Made by a program: the position numbers and the translations under genes. From Candidatus Moranbacteria bacterium GW2011_GWC2_40_12 (GTDB taxonomy: Bacteria > Patescibacteriota > Minisyncoccia > Moranbacterales > UBA11712), in NCBI GenBank assembly GCA_000995965.1, contig LBYD01000001.1, positions 362,848 through 426,847 of the forward strand: a stretch of 64,000 bases of DNA, read 5' to 3'. The notes under the pieces are model-generated. The model ran no database searches. It saw nothing but the letters and a program-made list of their open reading frames with translations, and was not told where the DNA came from. Numbering within the stretch: position 1 is the first letter of the stretch; every line of letters begins with the position of its first letter. Shown piece after piece: positions 39,959 through 49,059 of the stretch.

Positions 39959-40948
39959 TTATGATCCGCCGACATTCACAATTTCCGCCTTGATAGCCGG
40001 ATGAGGATCATAGCCTTCAAGCGTGAAATCTTCATATTTGAAGCTGTCGATATCTTTCACCTTCGGATTAAGAATAATGCGCGGAAATGGTTTTGGTTCG
40101 CGCTTGAGCTGTTCTTTCACCTGCTCGAAATGGTTTGAATATATGTGGACATCCCCGAAAAAGTGGACAAATTCCCCGGCCGGAATTCCGACAACCTGCG
40201 AAACCATTTGGAGAAGCAGAGCATAGCTCGCAATGTTAAACGGCACGCCTAAAAATAGGTCAGCGCTGCGTTGATACATTCCCAAATTCAATTTTTCGTT
40301 CACGACCGCGAACTGAAAAGTGGTGTGGCAAAAGGGCGGCACTTCATTCTTGTTTTGCGGAGAAGCCATGGAATAGATAAAATCCGGATTCCAGGCCGAA
40401 ACGCAGTATGACTTTCGATAGGGCTTGTCTTTGAGACCCGCGATGCAATAACCGAGCTGGTCAATGAGATGTCCGTCGCTGGCGGGCCACTTGCGCCACA
40501 TCCGGCCGTATATCGTGACGAGATCGCCCCATTTGCGCGCGAAATCGCTGTCCGCCGGTTCGGCCTTGAGACGCGAGATGAAATCTTTTTGTTCCAAATC
40601 CTCGCTTGGCGCGTTCTCAAGCGCCCACTTGTGGTATTTTTTCCAAGCCCATTCGTCCCAAATGTGGACATCGCGGTCAACCAGATATTTAATGTTCGAG
40701 TCTCCCGTCAAAAACCACAAGAGTTCCTCAAAAATTCCGCGATAAAAAACTTTTTTGGTCGTGAGCAGGGGAAATCCTTGCGACAAATCAAAACGGATCA
40801 CCCGCCCAAAAACCCCGCGGATAAAAGGCAATTCCTCGCCTTTTTTTCGATACTGCTCCTGCACTTCCGGCGTCAAAAATAGCGGCTTATCGGCGCCATT
40901 TTCCAGTATGTCTTTGATCAGATTCAAATATTGGTATTCGGGATGCAT
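39959..40948 (-). CDS. thyA: thymidylate synthase (ThyA) with internal insertions
   Basis: ...LLTTKKVFYRGIFEELLWFLTGDSNIKYL... and ...CHTTFQF... are ThyA signatures. Confidence 0.9.
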   Translation of the reverse strand: MHPEYQYLNLIKDILENGADKPLFLTPEVQEQYRKKGEELPFIRGVFGRVIRFDLSQGFPLLTTKKVFYRGIFEELLWFLTGDSNIKYLVDRDVHIWDEWAWKKYHKWALENAPSEDLEQKDFISRLKAEPADSDFARKWGDLVTIYGRMWRKWPASDGHLIDQLGYCIAGLKDKPYRKSYCVSAWNPDFIYSMASPQNKNEVPPFCHTTFQFAVVNEKLNLGMYQRSADLFLGVPFNIASYALLLQMVSQVVGIPAGEFVHFFGDVHIYSNHFEQVKEQLKREPKPFPRIILNPKVKDIDSFKYEDFTLEGYDPHPAIKAEIVNVGGS

Positions 40949-41017
40949 TTTTCCTAAGATCCGATCTTAGGAGCGTCCTAAGATCGGATCTTAGGAGCTC
41001 AAAAGCCAAGCTTTTAA

Positions 41018-42097
41018 TTATAACCCCAAAATTTCCACCAATTGCCGAATTAGCGAAAGCGCTACGGGCGGAGCGAGCAAGCTGTATACCTCGACTCCCT
41101 CATCATCTTTCACCACAAAAGGATTTTCAATTGTTTTCACTTTGCCGCTGGTTTTGTCATATTCATATTCATAAGCCGGCGTTATTTCATAATCGTCCAC
41201 AAGGTCTTTGGATTTATCAACGGGAACAGCGTTTCGAATAAGCCCTTTTGAAATGCCATGGAGCGAAAATATTTTTTCTATCAGCTTGTCATCGAGCTCC
41301 AGCCGTTCACGAATAGATTCTATTCCCATTTCGTCTCCTTCTTTTCCGAACATTCTCGCTCTCTCGTGATCGGGATTGTCGCAAATCAGATAAAACTTTC
41401 CGTCTTTTTCGTCATATTCGACTTCCTGCGTAGTGAAAAGTTTCAAATTGCGCGGCGTGTGGCAAATTGGGCAAACCCGGCGATATTTCATCCGCTCGTC
41501 AATCACCGCCTCGGGAATATCAATGGCGATGAAGATGTCCGGATCTTCTCGATAGTCAACCAGTTGCTTGAAAAACATGGAATAGGAAACCTGGTCCAAG
41601 TTCCTCGGAAAACCGTCAATGAAAATTGTTTTCTTCCCGATTTTGTCGATTTCGCGCTTCACCAGCGCCATGATGAATTCATTGGGAAGCAGGGTTTTTT
41701 GGTCGCGTCCGAGAAGGGCGTCAAGCGCCTGCTCGGGAGTGATGTATCCGCGATAATTCTTTCGAAGATAATCGAGAAGCTCTTTTTTATATTTTTCGTC
41801 TCCCACCGCCGCGTGAAGATCGCGCACAATGTCACCGACGGAAAGGTGGGCGATTTTGTCCCGGCCGAAAATTTCCATCAGAAGCTTGGTATAGGTGCCT
41901 TTGCCGGCGTTTTTCTTGCCGAGAAGATAGACCATGAAAGTTTTTCCGGAATCGAAATATTTTTGAAGCTTGGCGATGTCGCCTCCGGCTTTGGCCTCAA
42001 AGTATTTTTTTCTTTCAGCAAGGTCCGAGAGATTGAATTTTTTGGCGATGCCTTCCACTTTTGTCTTGAAAAGCGGGAATTCTTTTTCGTATTTCAT
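41018..42097 (-). CDS. adenylate kinase-like NMP kinase with zinc-lid and long N-/C-terminal extensions
   Basis: P-loop GKKNAGKGTY, IDGFPRNLDQ, and a CPICHTPRN...CDNPD lid. At 359 aa it is far longer than Adk (~215 aa). Confidence 0.6.
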   Translation of the reverse strand: MKYEKEFPLFKTKVEGIAKKFNLSDLAERKKYFEAKAGGDIAKLQKYFDSGKTFMVYLLGKKNAGKGTYTKLLMEIFGRDKIAHLSVGDIVRDLHAAVGDEKYKKELLDYLRKNYRGYITPEQALDALLGRDQKTLLPNEFIMALVKREIDKIGKKTIFIDGFPRNLDQVSYSMFFKQLVDYREDPDIFIAIDIPEAVIDERMKYRRVCPICHTPRNLKLFTTQEVEYDEKDGKFYLICDNPDHERARMFGKEGDEMGIESIRERLELDDKLIEKIFSLHGISKGLIRNAVPVDKSKDLVDDYEITPAYEYEYDKTSGKVKTIENPFVVKDDEGVEVYSLLAPPVALSLIRQLVEILGL

Positions 42098-42359
42098 GGG
42101 TCGTTTTCTTTTTTACGAAGTTATAAAAATATTAGCGAACCCCGCTAACAGCATAATATTAGCAAAGAAATATATTTTGGGCAAGAAAAAAGCCCGCAGT
42201 CGGTTGACCGGAGCTTCTTCGGTTGAATCCCGAGGGATAGAAGTTTTTTAGCTTCATTCGGGCCTCCTTTTGCGTATTGTTTTTGGGACGCCTCCCGGCC
42301 GGGCTGTATCAGCCGCGAGTTGAGGTTTTTGTCAATGTGCTTTATGGCATCACCTCCTT

Positions 42360-42797
42360 TCATGAGTTATCAGATGCTTTCCAGGTCTGTCCGTCGCCCC
42401 AAAATTTCAGGACCTCGAGCCAGTTTCCGCCGGCGTCACGGTGCCATCTCGCCAAAATTTCGCAACCTTTCCGGGTGTAAATCGACTTCTCGGCGAAGGT
42501 TTTAACAAATGGGCTGCCAGGATCATGGAGTTTCGAGCCATAGAAATTGTAAGCAAGTTCTCCTTTCTTATGTTTATACATATCGAGAACGTTGCTTGTG
42601 GGTTCGGCCCATCCTTTTACCATGACTATCAAGCCATCACTGAAATTGTCGCCTTTTTCAGCAAGTTGTTTGACAGTAACATGGTGGGCTGATAATTCCG
42701 TCCAATCAGTATTTGCGATTAGGTCAACCAGAATGATCGCCACACTGATTAGGATAATTGCGCCCCAGCAATTCTTTCTCCATGAGTTCTTTCTCAT
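42360..42797 (-). CDS. hypothetical membrane-anchored protein
   Basis: 145 aa with an N-terminal TM. Confidence 0.45.
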   Translation of the reverse strand: MRKNSWRKNCWGAIILISVAIILVDLIANTDWTELSAHHVTVKQLAEKGDNFSDGLIVMVKGWAEPTSNVLDMYKHKKGELAYNFYGSKLHDPGSPFVKTFAEKSIYTRKGCEILARWHRDAGGNWLEVLKFWGDGQTWKASDNS

Positions 42798-43030
42798 TTT
42801 ATCCCTTCCTTTATTCTTTTTTTAATTTATTTTCCTTTATAATTGCCCGCGCGCGTTGGCAGCGTGACAACGAGTTATTTTATCACAAAAAAAGCCAGAA
42901 GTCAATACGGCGTGAAACATTCAAGTATAAAGGCTTAAGCAAGCTATTTTGTTGGCTATTCAAAGCTCGGTTTTTTCCTTCCCCAACAAACGCACAGGAA
43001 TTTCTCAGAACCATACTTTTCCAACTATTT

Positions 43031-44062
43031 TTAAGGCCGAACCTTAAAAATAGTTTGCCCCCTCTTCGTCATCTCAGATTTCAGTTCGCCGAATTCCATC
43101 GAACGGTCGGAACTGATGCTCATTTCCACCCCCAGCCCTTCCATTGTTTCTTTTTGAAAATACTGGTCGAAAACGAAGTTGCCGAGAGAGTAATATATTT
43201 TTTTGCCTTTGTATTCTTCTGAATTTTGGACAACATGCGGATGTGTCCCGATGACTGCGTCGGCTCCGGCGTCAATGAAACGATGGGCGAGCGCGCGAAC
43301 AGCATTTCCCGGGTCGCCCGTTTTATATTCCGTTCCCCAATGCGGTGAGATTATGACGATGTCTGATTTCTCTTTGGCTGATTTTATCTCTTCAACCGCC
43401 GCTTCAGCCGAATCCGGAACAGAATAATTATAACTCACAAAACTGATTTCTCCACTTGGAAACTTAGTTTCCAAGTGGCCGGTATCGCCGAAATATTCCA
43501 CTCCCGCTTCGTCCAGATATTTTTTTGTCTGTTCCAGCCCCTCTTCGCCCTGATTGAGAATATGATTGTTCCCCAGGTTCACTAATTTTATATTATTTTC
43601 AAAAAGGACTTTTGCCACCGCCGGATCGAAGGTGAATTGAAAATTGTTTTTTTCCTCCATTGCCGTTCCGACGCTTACCGACTGGTTGTCCGTGATCGGC
43701 CCCTCCAGATTTCCGACAACAAGATCATATTCAGCCAATTTGTCCTTGACCGGTTCGAGAACGTAATTGTAGTTTCCTTTGCCGTACTTTTCAACCGCTT
43801 CCCGAATATAACGGTCAAACATGATATCCCCGACGAAAAGAATTTTCACGGGCTTGCCGTTTTCAGCGCCTGCATTTTCTGGCACTGCGGCACTTTCATC
43901 CGCATTAATATTTTTCTGCTCTTGGCTTTTGCTTTCCTTTGTTTGCTCGCCTCGCTGAGTCGAAGCGGGCTGGCGCAGATCGACATTTTGCGCGCAACCC
44001 GTCAAAAGCAACGCGCAAAGCGATAAAAAAATAACTTTAAATTTTACATTGTCATTTTGCAT
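43031..44062 (-). CDS. CapA/PGA-synthesis family metallophosphatase lipoprotein
   Basis: LTGC lipobox. ...VGDIMFDRYI..., GNNHILN and GTHPHVVQ motifs. The start codon and first 9 codons (MQNDNVKFK) lie within a dispersed repeat. Confidence 0.75.
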   Translation of the reverse strand: MQNDNVKFKVIFLSLCALLLTGCAQNVDLRQPASTQRGEQTKESKSQEQKNINADESAAVPENAGAENGKPVKILFVGDIMFDRYIREAVEKYGKGNYNYVLEPVKDKLAEYDLVVGNLEGPITDNQSVSVGTAMEEKNNFQFTFDPAVAKVLFENNIKLVNLGNNHILNQGEEGLEQTKKYLDEAGVEYFGDTGHLETKFPSGEISFVSYNYSVPDSAEAAVEEIKSAKEKSDIVIISPHWGTEYKTGDPGNAVRALAHRFIDAGADAVIGTHPHVVQNSEEYKGKKIYYSLGNFVFDQYFQKETMEGLGVEMSISSDRSMEFGELKSEMTKRGQTIFKVRP

Positions 44063-44095
44063 TTTGATTTTTGCATTTTGATTTAATGCAAGTAT
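44028..44095. repeat. family A repeat overlapping CapA-gene start / MBL-gene stop
   Basis: aaattttacattgtcattttgcattttgatttttgcattttgattt. Confidence 0.6.
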
Positions 44096-44903
44096 ATATT
44101 ATATCGCCTATCTCATCCGTCCTAAAAATATTTATATTCCTCTTTTTGAGCGCCCCAAGCACCGCCTCTGTTGGATGGCCGTAGGAATTGTTTTCGCTGA
44201 CCGAAATAATTGCTTCCTCGGGACTGGCAGCGTCGAGAAATGCTTCGCCTGATGAATATTTCGAGCCGTGATGGGCGATTTTCAAGAAATCCACGTCAAT
44301 ATCTTCTCCGCTATCCAAAATTTCTTTTTCGGCGGGGGATTCGATGTCGCCGGTGAAAAGAAATGAATTTTCGCCATAATCGAGACGAGCGACGATCGAA
44401 TCATTATTCGCGTCTCCTGCCGAAGCATCAATTTTTCCCTGCGGATGGATAACCTTCATTCTCACGTCTTCAAACTTCACTTCCGCCCCGCGCCATACTT
44501 CCATTGTTTCAAATTTATTATACGCAAGCAAATCTTTCCATTCTTTGTAAACTTGGGTGTCTTTTTCCGCTCCGGTCGTGAGAACTTTTCCGATTTTATA
44601 ACTGCGCGCTACTTCCACCAGCCCCGCGAGATGATCTTTGTCCGGATGGGTCAAAATGACCAATTCAATCTCATCGTCGAAATAGGGCAGATATTTCCCC
44701 AGTTTCGCGAGTTCCGTTTTTCCGCTCGGCCCGCCGTCGATGAGAATTTGCCGCGTTCCTTTCTGGATCAGAATCGAATCCCCCTGCCCGACATCGAGAA
44801 AAACAACTTGTAGGTGTCCGACACCTACAAAGATTTGGTAGGAGAAATAGGCCAAGATAATCAGGAGTGCGGCAAATGTGATATAGCTGATTCTATTTTT
44901 CAT
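44052..44903 (-). CDS. ComEC C-terminal metallo-beta-lactamase domain protein (separate ORF)
   Basis: ...VVFLDVGQGDSILIQ... is the MBL motif, with an N-terminal TM. It overlaps the upstream ComEC channel ORF by 11 nt in another frame. Confidence 0.7.
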   Translation of the reverse strand: MKNRISYITFAALLIILAYFSYQIFVGVGHLQVVFLDVGQGDSILIQKGTRQILIDGGPSGKTELAKLGKYLPYFDDEIELVILTHPDKDHLAGLVEVARSYKIGKVLTTGAEKDTQVYKEWKDLLAYNKFETMEVWRGAEVKFEDVRMKVIHPQGKIDASAGDANNDSIVARLDYGENSFLFTGDIESPAEKEILDSGEDIDVDFLKIAHHGSKYSSGEAFLDAASPEEAIISVSENNSYGHPTEAVLGALKKRNINIFRTDEIGDIIYTCIKSKCKNQNAK

Positions 44904-46410
44904 CTGCCAGTGTCATAATTTTTTTATCTTTCTTTTTAAAATAATACAATATCCAAAACAATATCAAATAGCAAACTAGAATATATTTCCATCCGAAATT
45001 TTTGGCCTCAATTGAAGCCCAAGACCAACTCGCCATCCATTCAACCGCGAATAATTCGGCTTTGAGGAGAATATAGGGGATGAAGCCGACCAGCTTCCCA
45101 AGCGGCACAAATATAAACCCGGCCATCCCCGCCGCAAACCCCGTCCCCATTATATACGGAATCGCCGGCAAAATCACAAAATTGGCGATGGGGGAGACCA
45201 AAGAAATTTTTTCAAAAGAGTTGAGGATGATTGGCAGAACAAAAACCATGGCCGACATAGTGAGGATAATTGTTTCTTGAATGAGTTTCGGCGGCCTCCC
45301 CCACCAAAATTTTTCCAAAATAGGGGAGAGCTGAACAATCCCGATGGTAGCCAAAAAAGAAAGCTGGAATCCTGCATCATATCGCAAAAGCAAAGGATTG
45401 ATCGCGAGCATGGCGCCGGCCGCAAGCAATATGGCGTTCGTTGAATTGGCCAGTCTCCCCTCTTTCATCGCCCAAATGACAAGGCCTCCCATAATCCCCG
45501 CTCTCACGGCCGAACTGGGCGCGCCCGTCATAAGGACGAATAACACTATCCCGATCACCGCGAAAGAAAAAACCTGCTGGCGCCAAAGGCCAAGCCAGAT
45601 TCCGAGCCACATCAAAAACGCAGCCACTATTGTCACGTTATAGCCAGAAACCGCCACCGTATGAGTTATTCCCGTCCGCTGAAAGGCTTCCGACAGGTCC
45701 TTGGTCATTCTTTTGCTCCCGCCCAATAATAATCCTTTCAAATACGCTCCCTCCGGATCAGGAAAAATCGCCGAGAGCTTTTCTTCGAATTTGTTTTTAA
45801 CCGCCAGGATGAAAGTATATAATTTGTTTCCCTTATTTTTCGAAACGACAGTTATTTGCGCTTTATTGCAAATCCGGTAAATTCTGTCTTTGGCGAGATA
45901 CATCTGGTAGTCAAATTTAGAATCAGCGTAGTTTTTGGGTTCTTCCAGACTGCATTTTATTTTTAATTCATCGCCATATGAATACTGCGGATAAAGAGGG
46001 GCAGTGATCAATATTCGTTTTTTCTCGCCGCATAAATTATTAGTACAGTATACTGTATTACTGTACTGTTTTTCATCTTCGATTCCGACAACTATTTTTT
46101 GGTTTGTCTCGCTTATTTCCGGTTCTTTCAATACTATTCCCGTGAGTTCAACCGGACCCAGTTCTTGATTGGCCAGCCTTTTTTTAGAGTTTTCAAGTGA
46201 AAAATTTGTCCGCCATATCCCGAGAGCCAAAAATATAACCGCCGCGCTGGCGACTATGATTTTTTTATTTCTGTAATTTATGGTGAATATGAGAATTCCC
46301 GCGGCGGCAAGTGCCAAAACAATATATTTTTCAATTTGAAAAAAAGATGCGAAAAAAATACCCGCTAAAAATGCCAAGGATAAAATAAAAAAAATCCTGG
46401 ATTTGGTCAC
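44893..46410 (-). CDS. comEC: ComEC/Rec2 competence channel domain protein (N-terminal part)
   Basis: 505 aa, polytopic. ...RTGITHTVAVSGYNVTIVAAF... is the competence-domain motif. Confidence 0.8.
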   Translation of the reverse strand: MTKSRIFFILSLAFLAGIFFASFFQIEKYIVLALAAAGILIFTINYRNKKIIVASAAVIFLALGIWRTNFSLENSKKRLANQELGPVELTGIVLKEPEISETNQKIVVGIEDEKQYSNTVYCTNNLCGEKKRILITAPLYPQYSYGDELKIKCSLEEPKNYADSKFDYQMYLAKDRIYRICNKAQITVVSKNKGNKLYTFILAVKNKFEEKLSAIFPDPEGAYLKGLLLGGSKRMTKDLSEAFQRTGITHTVAVSGYNVTIVAAFLMWLGIWLGLWRQQVFSFAVIGIVLFVLMTGAPSSAVRAGIMGGLVIWAMKEGRLANSTNAILLAAGAMLAINPLLLRYDAGFQLSFLATIGIVQLSPILEKFWWGRPPKLIQETIILTMSAMVFVLPIILNSFEKISLVSPIANFVILPAIPYIMGTGFAAGMAGFIFVPLGKLVGFIPYILLKAELFAVEWMASWSWASIEAKNFGWKYILVCYLILFWILYYFKKKDKKIMTLADEK

Positions 46411-46467
46411 GCCTTCATTATATCAAAAAAAGCAGGCCTCAACCCGCTTTTTTTCTCTCGTTATTCC

Positions 46468-46505
46468 TAAAGTTAAACTTTAGGAAAGGTTAAACTTTAG
46501 GAAAG
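46468..46505. repeat. REP-like repeat copies (GTTAAACTTTAGGAA x2) distant from the transposase
   Basis: tcctaaagttaaactttaggaaaggttaaactttaggaaaggtta lies just downstream of paralog gene 46507..47055. Confidence 0.6.
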
Positions 46506-46506
46506 G

Positions 46507-47055
46507 TTACTTGCAACACAAATATGCCCTACCCACCCACTGGTATGAATGGCTGCCAGAGCATCCGCCGCTTGGAGGACTGAAATAAGCTATTGGACCA
46601 ATGTGAGAACAAACACCCCATCTTCCAAGATCAGCCTCTTCCTGGAAAGGTGCGGGACAGTGCAAACCGCCCCAATCACATTTTTCACCATAAGAAGCTG
46701 CTCCATTTTCATTGCAATACTGGGTATAGCATACGCCTCCCCCTCCTCCCGCCGCCCAAGCGACTTGGCCATCAATGGTCGAGGCAGATAATACATCGCC
46801 AACGGCAGGAGTCACTCCTGGTTGGGTAAATTGCAAGCCGCTTGTTTTAAGTCCTAAAACTTCTAGCACCCCGGCCTTTATCTGGGGTAATCCACTCGTA
46901 TTTATCGGCGCGCCCACGTTTCCCCCGGGAGGAGTATCGGAGGGCTCCGTCCAGGCTCTGACGAACTGGACGGTTAAGCCCAGAATAAGACCGACCATCA
47001 CCACTCCCGACCACCAGACGGCATTTTCGAATATTTTTTTGAGTTTGTTCTTCAT
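46507..47055 (-). CDS. secreted Cys-rich protein, paralog family A (shared VRAWTEP...GNVGAPINT N-module)
   Basis: MKNKLKK...VVMVGLILGLTVQFVRAWTEPSDTPPGGNVGAPINT, a Gly-rich stretch, and a Cys-rich C-terminus ending CCK. Confidence 0.6.
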   Translation of the reverse strand: MKNKLKKIFENAVWWSGVVMVGLILGLTVQFVRAWTEPSDTPPGGNVGAPINTSGLPQIKAGVLEVLGLKTSGLQFTQPGVTPAVGDVLSASTIDGQVAWAAGGGGGVCYTQYCNENGAASYGEKCDWGGLHCPAPFQEEADLGRWGVCSHIGPIAYFSPPSGGCSGSHSYQWVGRAYLCCK

Positions 47056-47076
47056 GATATTTTATCTTAATATTTA

Positions 47077-47421
47077 TTATTTTCTCATTTGCTCGAGTTT
47101 TTCAAATTCCGCCCGGATCTGTTCGGGAGTGGGAGGGGTTGCGTTGGATTCATTTTTTTGTTTTTCTAATTTTTCAAATTCGGCTTGGATTTCTTCGGAA
47201 GTGGGTTCTTTCGAGTTGGAGCTTTTTCGCATCTCTTCCAGCTTTTCGAATTCTTTTTGGATTTTTGCCTGCTGGGATGTCCGAGGAAGATTGGCCGGAA
47301 TCTTTGCGGGATTGTTTTTGTTGATCAAAGGAACTGCCACAATCGCCAAAACAGCCAGAAACAACGCGACGGATCCGACAAGGATTATTTTCTTGAGATG
47401 ATTGGGCGGTTCATAGAGCAT
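47077..47421 (-). CDS. membrane-anchored tandem-repeat protein (3x ~25-aa EIQAEFEKLE repeats)
   Basis: 114 aa. The DNA has ~75-bp tandem repeats at 47100-47300. Confidence 0.5.
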   Translation of the reverse strand: MLYEPPNHLKKIILVGSVALFLAVLAIVAVPLINKNNPAKIPANLPRTSQQAKIQKEFEKLEEMRKSSNSKEPTSEEIQAEFEKLEKQKNESNATPPTPEQIRAEFEKLEQMRK

Positions 47422-47547
47422 TTTGTTTTTTTCTTTTTTTGCTCAAAAGAAACCTATGATGATATTCTAACATATAAAGCCATTCCCTGCAAACACGCGA
47501 GGGTTAGGAGTTATCCACAGGTGGTTTTGACGAAGGCTAAGCATTCG

Positions 47548-47766
47548 TCAGCTGATTTCAACAAGCTTCACCCGGGTGGATTTTCCTCCGATGATGCTTA
47601 TGGAACTTTTAGGCACGTTGAAATGATCAGCCAAGAGTTTGATCACAGCAACGTTCGCTTTTCCTTTTTCCGGCACCGCCGTCACTTTCACTATATATTC
47701 GCCTTCGGAAATTTTCAGGACTTCGTTTTTCCCCGCCCGCGGGGTAACCCGAACATAGATTCTCAT
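47548..47766 (-). CDS. YggU/DUF167 family protein
   Basis: MRIYVRVTPRAGKNEV... is the UPF0235 signature. Confidence 0.75.
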   Translation of the reverse strand: MRIYVRVTPRAGKNEVLKISEGEYIVKVTAVPEKGKANVAVIKLLADHFNVPKSSISIIGGKSTRVKLVEIS

Positions 47767-47771
47767 AAATT

Positions 47772-47815
47772 ACCTACCAACATTCAATGTTGGTATACTA
47801 ACATTGAATGTTGGG
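47772..47815. repeat. conserved palindrome TACCAACATTCAATGTTGGTA plus a degenerate second copy (copy 3)
   Basis: ctaccaacattcaatgttggtatactaacattgaatgttggga lies between the YggU start and the ApbE stop. Confidence 0.6.
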
Positions 47816-48736
47816 ATAAATATATTTTTTCGCCTCTGACGATACATGAATATTTCCCTTGTAATCCAAGAAAATCGCCGCGATTTTGTTTTTCTCCGCA
47901 AATTCCAGGCCTTTTTCTTTTCCCATTAGAACTAAAACCTTTGCTCGGCCATCGGAATTTTCTGTATTTTCAGCAATTACAGTCACGGTCCGAAGCTCAT
48001 ACGAAAATTCATTTGGATTTTTGGGATTCACCAGATGATGAAATTTTCTGCCTCTTATCTGCCATTTTTTCCGGATGATTCCGGAAGTCGCAACGCCCCG
48101 ATCAGCAATTTCCAGCATCATTTTTTCTTTTGGCACCCCTTCAATTTCGATAAGCCATTTTCCGTCTTCCCTGTTTTTCCCGGATGCGAACATGTCTCCG
48201 CCCGCGTCAACCAGAAAATTTTTCCAGCCTTGGTTTTTCAGATACTTCTCCGCCTGATCAACAATATAACCTTTCGCAATGCCGGAAAAGTCCATTCTCT
48301 TTTTGAATAATATCGCATCGCCCTTCACTTCCAAATCGTTTTCAAGTTCATTCCCTATTTTTGAAAAAGTTTTCGGGAGATCTGCTTTTTCGAAATTGGC
48401 CTGGTGAAAATATTTGTCATATCCAATTTTTTCCAGGATTCCGATAATCCTGGGATCATATAGTCCCCCGCTGATTTTGTTGTAGTGCAGTGCGCGCGAG
48501 GCCAAATACAAAATATCCGGCGAGGCTTTTTGGAACGGGCCGAGATTTTCGTTCAGTTGGCTAAGCTCGCTGTCGGAATTGAAGCGACAAAAAATTCTTT
48601 GCTTGGTGCGAAAAAGATTTTCCATTCCGCCGACATCTTTTCTCGCCCTTTTCGCCTCGTCTTCACCGTTAGCAACAATACGAATATTTATATCCGTTCC
48701 CAGAGCGCGAAAATTGGATTTCTCTTCGGATTTCAT
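47798..48736 (-). CDS. FAD:protein FMN transferase (ApbE family)
   Basis: ...ALGTDINIRI... and ...LVDAGGDM... are ApbE motifs. Confidence 0.75.
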   Translation of the reverse strand: MKSEEKSNFRALGTDINIRIVANGEDEAKRARKDVGGMENLFRTKQRIFCRFNSDSELSQLNENLGPFQKASPDILYLASRALHYNKISGGLYDPRIIGILEKIGYDKYFHQANFEKADLPKTFSKIGNELENDLEVKGDAILFKKRMDFSGIAKGYIVDQAEKYLKNQGWKNFLVDAGGDMFASGKNREDGKWLIEIEGVPKEKMMLEIADRGVATSGIIRKKWQIRGRKFHHLVNPKNPNEFSYELRTVTVIAENTENSDGRAKVLVLMGKEKGLEFAEKNKIAAIFLDYKGNIHVSSEAKKYIYPNIQC

Positions 48737-48787
48737 AGCGAATAGACTTATATTCCTTTACCCTAGAGCTGAGCTCTAGGGTAAAGG

Positions 48788-49042
48788 CTAGTTTATCTTG
48801 TCTTTTATTTCCTGTTTGATTTTGTCGTCAATTTGGTCCGGGAGAACGTCGCCGGATGGATTGTGCTTTGACGCTTCGCGATAAATGATATTTTTTGCTT
48901 TCTGCGCCGCTTTTTTCAAAAAGTCTTTTTCCGGCTTGTTTATGTTGATTGAAAACGGAGAAAAGTTCACGGAAAAAATCCCGCCCAGAAAGGCGAATAA
49001 TACGGCGACAAATATTATAAATATAAAAAGTTTTTTAAACAC
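48788..49042 (-). CDS. small membrane protein
   Basis: 84 aa with an N-terminal TM. Confidence 0.4.
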   Translation of the reverse strand: MFKKLFIFIIFVAVLFAFLGGIFSVNFSPFSININKPEKDFLKKAAQKAKNIIYREASKHNPSGDVLPDQIDDKIKQEIKDKIN

Positions 49043-49059
49043 TATAATATGTGCTGAAT

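Noticed and set aside
42150-42360. Possible tRNA or SRP RNA in the adk-like upstream spacer (cggttgaatcccgag)
   Set aside because: The T-loop is non-canonical (TTG instead of TTC), and no acceptor or anticodon arms could be assembled.
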